Assembly (NCBI GenBank): GCA_963768855.1
Contig: CAVYJM010000021.1
Location: forward strand, 47,710-111,709
Length of the DNA stretch: 64,000 nt
Origin: an uncultured Thermoplasmata archaeon
GTDB lineage: Archaea > Thermoplasmatota > Thermoplasmata > RBG-16-68-12
Reading direction: 5' to 3'
Below the pieces are notes generated by a model. It searched no databases. It was not told where the DNA came from and was given only the letters and a program-made list of their open reading frames with translations. The position numbers and the translations under genes were made by a program. Positions within the stretch are counted from its first letter, which is position 1. Each line of letters starts with the position of its first letter. Of the stretch, positions 56,122-64,000 are shown in pieces.

Positions 56122-57408
56122 TCACCGAGCACCTGCGGGGATCGCCTGTCCTCGCAACAGGTCTTCCGGCTTCTCCCGCTCCCGCACGAGACGCGCCTGT
56201 CCCTCTTCGATGAGCACCTCGGCGGGCAGCGGCCTCGAGTTGTAGCGGCTCGCCATCGTGTACCCGTAGGAGCCGCAGTTGAGGAACGCGAGGAGGTCTC
56301 CCCGATCCAGCGCGGGCAGCCTCCGGTCCTTTCCCTGGATGTCCGTGTTCTCGCAGATCTGGCCGGTCACGTTCACCCGGACACTCTTCCTCGCATCGAG
56401 CTTGGTCGCCGGGAGAATCTCGTGGTAGGCGCCGTAGAGGGCGGGGCGGAGAAGGGTGTTCATCCCCGCGTCGCAGCCGACGAAGCGCTTGGCCGACGTC
56501 TTCACATGGGTGACCGAGGCCAGGAGGACGCCCGCGTCGCCGACGAGGTAGCGGCCGGGCTCGATCACGAGGGTCGGGTCGCCGATCTCCGGGGTCTTGG
56601 CGAGCCTCTCCTCGTAGGCGCCCACGACCTTCTTCGCGAGCTCCTGGATGGGCAGAGGCTTCTCGCCGAGCTTGTCGGGGACGCCGAAGCCACCGCCGAG
56701 GTCGATGAAGTCGAGCTCGATGTGGAGCGTCTTCGCGATCCGCGCTGCGATGCTCGTGAGGCGGTCCGTGATCGCGGCCCAGTACGGCGTCTCGAGGACG
56801 TTGGACCCGGCCATCATGTGCACCCCGAGGCGCTCGATGCCCGCCTCCTTCGCACGGCGATACGCCTTCAGGGCCTCTTGCTCCCGCATCCCGAACTTCG
56901 CCTCCGGTCCGGCCGTCACGACGCCGGGGAACTTCCCCTTGCCGAAGCCCGGGTTGATCCGGAAGCAGAGGGCCTCCGGCTTCCCGAACGTCAGGAGGCG
57001 GTCGAGGAGGGGGCCGTCATCCAGGTTCACGACCGCGCCGGACTCGAGGCCGTACTTCAGCTCCTCGTCCGAGTTGTAGTTCCCGGAGTAGATCAGCTTG
57101 TCCGCGGAGAAGCCCGCGGCCTTCGCGAGGAGGAGCTCCGCGGGACTCGCGCAGTCCGCTCCCGCGCCCTCCCTCCGCAGGAGATCGAGGACGGACAGGT
57201 TGTTGTTCGCCTTCACCGCGTAGTTCGCGTGGAAGTTGCCGCGCCGGGCGGCGAAGGCGTCATGGATCCGCCGGTAGTTGTCCCGGATGCGGCGCGCCGA
57301 GTACACGTAGAGGGGCGTGCCGAAGCGGGAGGCGAGCTCGACCGAGCTGATTCCGTCCACGGTCAGAATGCCGTCCTTGTCCTCCAGGTAATCGTAGATT
57401 CCGGGCAC
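56122..57408 (-). CDS. lysA: Diaminopimelate decarboxylase
   Basis: FGTPLYVY, YAVKAN (PLP lysine), DLGGGFG, EPGRYLV, GQICENTD, GSYGYTMASRYNSRPLPAEV. Confidence 0.88.
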   Translation of the reverse strand: MPGIYDYLEDKDGILTVDGISSVELASRFGTPLYVYSARRIRDNYRRIHDAFAARRGNFHANYAVKANNNLSVLDLLRREGAGADCASPAELLLAKAAGFSADKLIYSGNYNSDEELKYGLESGAVVNLDDGPLLDRLLTFGKPEALCFRINPGFGKGKFPGVVTAGPEAKFGMREQEALKAYRRAKEAGIERLGVHMMAGSNVLETPYWAAITDRLTSIAARIAKTLHIELDFIDLGGGFGVPDKLGEKPLPIQELAKKVVGAYEERLAKTPEIGDPTLVIEPGRYLVGDAGVLLASVTHVKTSAKRFVGCDAGMNTLLRPALYGAYHEILPATKLDARKSVRVNVTGQICENTDIQGKDRRLPALDRGDLLAFLNCGSYGYTMASRYNSRPLPAEVLIEEGQARLVREREKPEDLLRGQAIPAGAR

Positions 57409-57547
57409 GGGGATCCCTCTTTCCGTCTTCCGCGGCACTCCCGTGAGTTTCGGAGGAGGATATAATCCAGTCGTCCGTACCTTGGACCCGCGTGCATCAC
57501 AGGCCGTTCGCAATCCTGATGCGTCCGGTCCCGCTCCCCGGGCGACC

Positions 57548-58408
57548 ATGGCGCTCGAATGGCTCGGCCTCGCCCTGGCGGCCGCGGCCCTCAACGGTTG
57601 CAGCGTCCTCGCCGCGAAGCCGAGCGCGGACCGCCTCGGGACGTCGTTCATGTGGGTGGGCGCGATCGCGATGGAGGGGGCGACCTTCGGCGTGGCGGGC
57701 CTCCTCTTCCCGCGCGGACCCGGGACCGCGAACGCGGTCTTCGTGGTCGCCGCGGTCACGGCGGGGGTCCTGGGCGCGATGGGCTACCTCTTCTTCTTCG
57801 CGGGCATGCGGCTCGGGACGGTCGGTCTCGTCGGCACGATCTCCGCGACCACGCCGCTCCTGATCGTCGTCCTGAGTGTGGCCTTCCTGAGCGAGTCGCT
57901 TGGGAGTCTCCAGATTCTCGGCATCGCGATGACGATCGCGTGCGTCCTGCTCCTCACCATCGAACCGAGGCGGGGATCGGTCGCGCGACGCACGGCGGTG
58001 GCCCTGAGCCTGGGGAGTTTCGTGGTGTGGGGCCTCTGGGGCTTCCTCGTGAAGGCGAGCGTGGAGACCCTCGGCGAGGGCGACCTCTTTCTTCTCCTGG
58101 CGGTGGGGTACCTCGTCGTCGCGGGAATGGGCGCTGTCCTCCGGCGGAAGAGCATCGTGCCGCAAGACCGCTCCCTGCGGATGCGGGCGGTCGGCCTGTT
58201 CGTCTTCCTTTCCGGGTCCGTCGCCGGGGTCATCCTGGCGGCGGCGTACGACGTCGGTCCGGCGTCCCTCGTGGCTCCGGTGGCTGCCACCTACCCGGTC
58301 ATCGCGACCTTGGGCGCATGGGCTCTGCTGCGAGAGAAGCTGGACTGGCGGATCGGGGTGGCCCTGGTCCTCTTCGTCCTCGGGGTCAGCCTCCTTTCCG
58401 CGACGTGA
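57548..58408 (+). CDS. EamA/DMT-family transporter (paralog of 38233..39096)
   Basis: Same MALEWL start and KLDWRI end as the earlier EamA; ten-TM pattern. Confidence 0.9.
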   Translation: MALEWLGLALAAAALNGCSVLAAKPSADRLGTSFMWVGAIAMEGATFGVAGLLFPRGPGTANAVFVVAAVTAGVLGAMGYLFFFAGMRLGTVGLVGTISATTPLLIVVLSVAFLSESLGSLQILGIAMTIACVLLLTIEPRRGSVARRTAVALSLGSFVVWGLWGFLVKASVETLGEGDLFLLLAVGYLVVAGMGAVLRRKSIVPQDRSLRMRAVGLFVFLSGSVAGVILAAAYDVGPASLVAPVAATYPVIATLGAWALLREKLDWRIGVALVLFVLGVSLLSAT

Positions 58409-58428
58409 CGCGCCGCTCGCGACACGGA

Positions 58429-59463
58429 TTACGGCGGCAAAGGCGGCCCCGCGGGCCGCTGTTGCGTGATGCAATGGACGGCGCCGCCGCCGAGTTCGAT
58501 GTAGCGGGCGTCGATTCCGACGATCTCCCGGCCAGGGTGCACGGTGCCAAGGATCTCCAGGGCGACCTTGTCCTCTCGGATGCCGTACGTGGGCGCCACC
58601 AGGCCCCCGTTCGCGAGGTAGTGGTTCGCGTAGCCGGGCGTGATGGGGACGCCGTGCAGCGAGCGGGCCGCCGGCATGGGCAGCTGGACGACTTCCAGGG
58701 ATCGCCCGCGGGCGTCCGTGGCCGTCTCGAGCCGGGCGAGGTTCTCCGCCAAGGCGGCATGGTTGGGATCCGAGGCATCCGCCGTGGAGGCGGCGAGCAC
58801 GACGCCCGGAGCGGCGAAGGCCGCCACGCCGTCGACGTGGCCGTCCGTGAGGTCTCCGGCCTGTCCCCGGCCCAGCCAGATCACCTTCCGGATGCCCAGG
58901 TACTCGGCGAGGGCCGCCTCGATCCCTTCCCGGGACAGGTGGGGATTGCGGTTGGGGTTCAGGAGGCACTGCTCCGTCGTCAGGAGCGTCCCCTGGCCGT
59001 CGACGCTGACGGCTCCCCCTTCCAGGACCAGGGGGGCGTCGTAGCGCCGCATCCCGAGATGCTCCGCCACGCGGACGGGGGCGAGCTCGTCCCGGAGGCG
59101 GGGGAACTTGCCGCCCCAGCCGTTGAACCGGAACCGGACGGCGGCGACCCGGCCGTCGGACCGGCGGACGAAGAAGGGCCCGTTGTCCCGGATCCAGGCG
59201 TCATCCAGCTCCACGTCGAGGACGTCGACCCCCGGGCCCACGGTGGACCGCGCTCCCGCCAGGGTGGACGGATCGGAGAGGACCGTCACGGGCTCGAAGC
59301 GCCGGAGGGCCGCGATGACCTCGGCGTAGGCCCGCTTGGCCTCGCGGGCGTGGCCGTGCCACGTCGCCTCCCGGCACGGCCAGGAGACGTAGCACGCCGC
59401 GTGGTCCTCCCACTCCGCGGGCATCGCGAAGCCGTCCTGCTGGGGGGTCCGCAGCTCGGCCAT
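58429..59463 (-). CDS. aguA: Agmatine deiminase (peptidyl-arginine deiminase family)
   Basis: GFAMPAEW, DDAWIRDNGP, LEGG...DGQGT, CLLNPNRNP, TDGHVDG, GGGAVHCITQQ (catalytic Cys). Confidence 0.93.
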   Translation of the reverse strand: MAELRTPQQDGFAMPAEWEDHAACYVSWPCREATWHGHAREAKRAYAEVIAALRRFEPVTVLSDPSTLAGARSTVGPGVDVLDVELDDAWIRDNGPFFVRRSDGRVAAVRFRFNGWGGKFPRLRDELAPVRVAEHLGMRRYDAPLVLEGGAVSVDGQGTLLTTEQCLLNPNRNPHLSREGIEAALAEYLGIRKVIWLGRGQAGDLTDGHVDGVAAFAAPGVVLAASTADASDPNHAALAENLARLETATDARGRSLEVVQLPMPAARSLHGVPITPGYANHYLANGGLVAPTYGIREDKVALEILGTVHPGREIVGIDARYIELGGGAVHCITQQRPAGPPLPP

Positions 59464-59464
59464 G

Positions 59465-59826
59465 TCAGGTGGCCCCACCTTGGTTCCGGGGCTTTGCTCG
59501 CGGGGCCCGGGTGAGGGCTCCGTAGGTCTCCGGCCGCCGGTGTCGAGGAACCCGAAGAAGGACCGAGCCTCCCGGATCTGGGAGAGGTCCAGGTCCGCGA
59601 AGACGATCTCGGGGCGGCTCGTGGAGGCGCGTTTGATGACCTTGCCCCACGGGTCGGCGACGAAACTGCCTCCGTAGAACCGGATTCGCTCTTCCTGGCC
59701 GCCGTCGAAGCGACCGAAGAAGCCATCGTGGACTCCCTGTTCACCGCGGAGACCGTCGTCGGCCGGGATGGGAACACGTCGCCGGAGCTCCCGGTTCCCG
59801 ACGTGGTCGAGATTCTCCGTCACCAT
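59465..59826 (-). pseudogene. Collapsed/frameshifted carbon-nitrogen hydrolase (N-carbamoylputrescine amidase-like); possibly assembly error
   Basis: Only the C-terminus is recognisable (QEERIRFYGGSFVADPWG...ADLDL...R..FGFL, then -1 shift to RRPETY); a SAVNR remnant lies in another frame; ~200 N-terminal aa are missing. Confidence 0.6.
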
Positions 59827-59845
59827 CGTCGGATTGTCTGAGCCC

Positions 59846-61732
59846 TTATCCTCCCGCCACGTGCACCGACGGAAGAGGGGTGCCGCCCACCTCCACGTCT
59901 CCCGGTGGACCTTCAGGCCCCCAGACGGACTCGCCCTTCACGCCCGTCGGGAAGAGGAAACAGGCGCACTCGTGTCGTGGGGTCACCTCGATCATCTCCG
60001 GTTCGCGCGGAGGAAGGAACTCCAGGTCGATCGAGGAATCGTGGAGGGACACTCGGCGCACCGCTTGGAACATGATCTTGTAGGGGCCGTCTCCCTGCTG
60101 CTCTATCACGAGGGCCTCCACCAGCTTCCGCTCGCCGTCCGTCGGCTCCGTCTTCCCGAAGAGGAGGCGAAGCCTCTGTCCTTTGATGGATACCTCCTCC
60201 AGCGGCGGCAGCCCCACGGCCTTCGGGTTGCTCGAGGCGTCGAAGAGATGCCTCGCCAGGGGAGCCATGTCCTTCGGACCCCAGCCGCACACGGGGAGGA
60301 CCGCGGGGCATCGGGTGTGGAAGCGGCATCCCGAAGGCGGGTTCATCGGACTCGGGACGTCTCCCGGGAGGATGATCCGATCCCGCCGTCGTCTTGGGTC
60401 GGGAACGGGCACCGCGGAGAGCAAGGCTCTCGTATAGGGATGGAGGGGCGATTCGAAGAGCTCGGCCGTCGCCGCCTGCTCCGCGATCTTCCCCAGGTAC
60501 ATGACGGCGACGCGGTCCGCCATCTGCTTGACGACGCTGAGGTTGTGGGTGATCAGCAGATAGGTCAACCCCTGTTGCTGCTGGATGTCCTTCAGCAGGT
60601 TGAGGATCTGAGCTTGGACGGACACGTCTAGGGCCGACGTGGGCTCGTCCAGGAGGAGGAACTTGGGGCTGGGCGCCAAGGCCCGGGCGACCGCGATTCG
60701 CTGTCTCTGCCCTCCCGAGAATTCGTGGGGAAAGCGATACAGGTAATCCGGCCGGAGCCCGACTTGCTGAAGGAGGGCCGCCGCCCGTTCTTCGGCCTCC
60801 GCCCGTGCCATGAGCCGGTTGACCAGGATGGGTTCCATGACGATGTCCTTCACGAGCATCCGCGGGTCCAGGGAGGTGAACGGATCCTGGAAGACGGACT
60901 GCATGTCTCGGCGGATGGTCCGGAGCCGGTGATGGGTGGATCGCGCCGCGCGTCGCACGTACCTGAGGAAGACCCGGGCGCACGCGTCCGCAGCGATGGG
61001 AGCCAGGAGGATGGCGAGGATCATTCCGACGCTCCCCGCCTCCCACGCGGCTACATAGGCGGTCCCCGCATCGAATGGGCCTCCTCCAACGAGACCGGAA
61101 CCGATCCACTGCGCGAGGACGGTGTCCACATTCACCATCACGAGAGCAATCCCGGCGAGGATGGCGGGAAAGCGCGCCATGCTCGCGGTCAGGAGGAATG
61201 AACCTACGATCCCCGCGAGGACTCCTACGAGGATCCCGAAACCGATGACCGCCCAGAGATTGTCGAAGGGCAATCCCGCGACGACCATGAGAAGGGAAGG
61301 GACAACGAGGGAGGCGAGGGTCGCCGCGGCCAGCGCGAGCAGAAGCGACCGTCGAAGATGCCCGGCCTCCGTGAGGCGGTCCCTCCTCGTAATGGCATAC
61401 TTTTGTTCGAAGTCCTCGGACTGCGGGCCGGACCCCGTTTCCCTGGATCGTCTTCGACCGTCTCTGTACCGGAGGTACTCGTCCCCCGGAACGTCATAGA
61501 ACACATCCCCCTCGGTGGGCTCGATCACCCGGAGGAGGAGCCGGCCAAGCGTCGTCTTGCCGCAACCGCTCTCCCCGACGAGGGCCAAGGTCTCGCCTTG
61601 GTGGATCGCCAGGTTGACGCCATCCACCGCCCGGACGCGAGCCGTCTCCCGCTGGAGGAAGCCCCCCCGGACGGGGAAGTGTTTTCGCAGCCCTTCGGCA
61701 GCGATCAGCACCTCTCCCTGGACCTCACGCAT
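59846..61732 (-). CDS. Oligopeptide ABC ATP-binding protein (OppF-like) with an internal multi-TM insertion
   Basis: GESGCGKTT, then ~130 aa hydrophobic insert, then [38 protein letters not shown]...ECAC with a second insert in the C-terminal domain. Confidence 0.85.
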   Translation of the reverse strand: MREVQGEVLIAAEGLRKHFPVRGGFLQRETARVRAVDGVNLAIHQGETLALVGESGCGKTTLGRLLLRVIEPTEGDVFYDVPGDEYLRYRDGRRRSRETGSGPQSEDFEQKYAITRRDRLTEAGHLRRSLLLALAAATLASLVVPSLLMVVAGLPFDNLWAVIGFGILVGVLAGIVGSFLLTASMARFPAILAGIALVMVNVDTVLAQWIGSGLVGGGPFDAGTAYVAAWEAGSVGMILAILLAPIAADACARVFLRYVRRAARSTHHRLRTIRRDMQSVFQDPFTSLDPRMLVKDIVMEPILVNRLMARAEAEERAAALLQQVGLRPDYLYRFPHEFSGGQRQRIAVARALAPSPKFLLLDEPTSALDVSVQAQILNLLKDIQQQQGLTYLLITHNLSVVKQMADRVAVMYLGKIAEQAATAELFESPLHPYTRALLSAVPVPDPRRRRDRIILPGDVPSPMNPPSGCRFHTRCPAVLPVCGWGPKDMAPLARHLFDASSNPKAVGLPPLEEVSIKGQRLRLLFGKTEPTDGERKLVEALVIEQQGDGPYKIMFQAVRRVSLHDSSIDLEFLPPREPEMIEVTPRHECACFLFPTGVKGESVWGPEGPPGDVEVGGTPLPSVHVAGG

Positions 61733-63474
61733 CAGGACCACGAGACCCTCCTTCCATCGTAGAGATGACACGCCACCTTGTGGACGCTGCCCCGGCCGAG
61801 GAGCTGGGGATCCTCGATTTTGCATCGTTCGAACGCGTACTTGCAGCGGGGATGGAAGCGGCAGCCCTTCGGCGGGTCGATCAGGTCGGGCACGGTCCCC
61901 GGGATCGTCGGGAGGTGGGCGCCCACCTCGACCTTCAACGAGTCCATGGAGACGATGGATTCGAGGAGACCCTGGGTGTACGGGTGAAGAGGGTGCGCGA
62001 ACAGCTCGTTCACCGGCGCGTCCTCGACGATCTTGCCCGCATACATCACGGCCACGCGATCGCACAGTTCGCGATCACGGCGAGGTCGTGAGTGATGTAC
62101 AGGATGGCGGAGTTGACCCTCGCGCGGAGGTCTCGGATGAGCTTCAGGATCTGCACCTGGGTCGTCACGTCCAGGGACGTCCGTCGGCTCGTCCGCGATC
62201 ATGAGGGCGGGGTCGCAAGCCAGGGCCATGGCGATGATCACCGTTCTGCATCCCGCCACTCAGTTCGTGGGGCAGACCGCGGACATCTTGCTGGGCTCCG
62301 GGATGCGCACGAGCTTGAGCAGGTCCAGAACCTGCCGCCGGGCCTCCTCTTCCAGGGTCTTCATGAGTCAGGCAGGAGGGGAATGAACATGAGGACGGTA
62401 CAGGAGGCTCCGGGATCGGTACTCCGTTTCACGCATGAAGCTGCGGCCCTCCCTCGGCGAAGGTCAGGTCGATGCCCTCTGCGGCGAGGGACACCTTCCG
62501 CACGAGTCGGAAGGCCGCCCCCTCCGCCGGCTCCTGCGCCACGTCCCTCACTGATTCTCGTCCACGAGCGACCGGTGCTCCTCCGTGGGCGGCACCCGGA
62601 ACGCCAAGCGGACGGCGTCCGCCTGCAAGGGCATTGGCCAGGGGTGGTAGGCCCGAGGCCTTCGGGTTGCGGGACGGGTCGAACGCCTGCATCTCGTGTT
62701 CTTCGCGAGGGTCGTGTGGGAGAGCGCTTGCCATTGGCGAGTCGCGCGTGCTTCGTCGAGGACACGTCGAGCCGCTTCATCAGGTTGATGAACCACCGGC
62801 TCCCCACGCGCCGGCGTTCCCCGAGCCGCTCCGGATCGCCTCGAGTTTCTCCTTCATCGAGCGCTTCGAATCGTTGGCGATCGCGGAGACCTTGTCCGCG
62901 GACAAGCCGCTCTCGACGGCAACCGCCAGGCGGTGCTCGCGGTCCTGCGGGATCGACCGCGGCCACCATTTGTTCGAACCGCTTGAGATTCTCAGGCCCC
63001 AGCTCCTTGCGTGAAAGGATGCCGTCGCAGATCTGCCTCCGCCGAGGGTAGAGGAGAACCTCCAACCCTGATAGCCGACAGGGCCCACGGGGTTCAAGGA
63101 CGACATGGGTTCCTGGAAGATCATGGAGATTTCCCGGCCTCGGACTCCGCTGATCTGGGCCCGGCGTCGGTCGATGAGGGCATCGCGACGAACGAGCTTC
63201 AGGCGACCCTTACGCCTCTTCGGTCACGACCTCGTCGGTCCCCCCCGCGAGGAGGTCGAAGTCGAGTCAGATCTCGCCGTCCGCACGCCGGCGGCTGGGG
63301 GATGAGGTACATGACCGGATACGCCGTGACGGACTTCCCGCATCCGCTTTCCCCCACGAGCCCGACCACCTCGCCTTCCCCGACTTCCAGGTCCACGCCG
63401 TCGACCGCGCGGACGGTGCCGTGGGTGGTCGCGAACTCGGTCTTCAGTCCGCGGACGGCGAGGAGCGGTTTCAT
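61732..63474 (-). pseudogene. OppD-like ABC ATPase with multiple frameshifts (probably sequence error) and a large helical-domain insertion
   Basis: Fragments in different frames: GESGCGKS; MIFQEPMSSLNP; [18 protein letters not shown]; [10 protein letters not shown]...HPYTQGLL...CRFHPRC. Confidence 0.8.
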
Positions 63475-64000
63475 GAAGATCACCTTTTTGGAGCCGCGGG
63501 TCCATCACATCGCGGAGGCCGTCACCCACGAGGTTGACGGACCTGCGGACGAAGAGCGCAAGACTCGGGAGGCAACAACGGTCCACGGATAGCTGAGAAA
63601 GCCACCGCTCCACCCCTTCTGGATGAGATTGCCCAGCTCACAGGTGCAAGCAAGGGATTCCCGGAATCTGAATCCGATGAAATTCAGGGAAGCCGCGAAA
63701 ACCTGCGCGACGACGCCCAGATCGAGTGAGACCTGGACAAGACGGGCGCCAGGGTGTTCGGGAGGACGTGCCGCATCATGATGCGCGCGTCCGATGCCCC
63801 GGCTGATCTTGGCCGCCTCCACGAATTTCATTTCCTTCACGGAAAGGGTCTGGACTCGCACCAGGCGCGCGAGGCGGCGACGCAGAGGATCAGGAGGACG
63901 ATGTTGACGGTTAGGAAGGTCCGCTGGTAAAAAGCAAAACCCACTGCCATGGCGAAGATGAGGAAGGGGATGGGAGTAGGTGACGTCGGTCGCACGCATG
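63475..64000 (-). pseudogene. OppC-like permease, 3' part, heavily indel-disrupted
   Basis: Fragments LARLVRVQTLSVKEMKFVEAAK and [14 protein letters not shown] in different frames. Confidence 0.7.

Noticed and set aside
1-64000. Excess of C-preceded GTG starts as proof of CATG-to-CGTG miscalls
   Set aside because: ATG starts here are also often preceded by C (ACC/CCC spacers after GGAGGTGA), and GTG starts are common in GC-rich archaea, so the pattern is not diagnostic by itself.
1-64000. tRNA/rRNA genes
   Set aside because: No T-loop GGTTCGAATCC in a cloverleaf context and no rRNA-like conserved blocks in any intergenic gap.

Overview
High-GC window that reads as the chromosome of a heterotrophic, probably (micro)aerobic Thermoplasmata-like archaeon. 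This assignment is inference from GGAGGTGA-type SD sites, TATA-like boxes, a Bat/HTH_10 regulator, a double-wHTH AsnC protein, an archaeal HemK2-type methylase, a Rab-like GTPase and a Sulfolobales-type bc complex. About 65 genes are packed densely. I saw no rRNA, tRNA, CRISPR array, transposase or integrase. The content is dominated by amine, amino-acid and peptide scavenging: (1) three phytoene-dehydrogenase/PYROXD2-like flavoproteins around a GcvT-family aminomethyltransferase, with a saccharopine-dehydrogenase-like enzyme and a Rieske oxygenase (1-9.6 kb); (2) an aminotransferase, an EutC/cyclodeaminase and a flavin amine oxidase (24-27.5 kb); (3) a CbsA-like heme protein-Rieske-cytochrome b operon (29.4-32.8 kb); (4) a 44-57 kb locus combining a signal-less DacB/PBP4 (S13) peptidase, an Opp/Dpp importer, an M1 aminopeptidase, a dipeptide epimerase and DAP decarboxylase, a candidate archaeal pathway for scavenging D-amino-acid/peptidoglycan peptides; (5) agmatine deiminase and a second Opp system. 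The most unusual items are an ABC ATPase with a ~130-aa multi-TM insertion inside its nucleotide-binding domain, an OppC-OppD fusion with a zinc-ribbon insertion, an HTH_10-O6-methylguanine methyltransferase fusion (Ada-like logic), and three genes whose best start codon is ACG. Sequence beyond ~59.5 kb carries many indels, probably low-coverage long-read error, so the pseudogene calls there are uncertain. All product calls come from motif recognition by eye; no searches were run.
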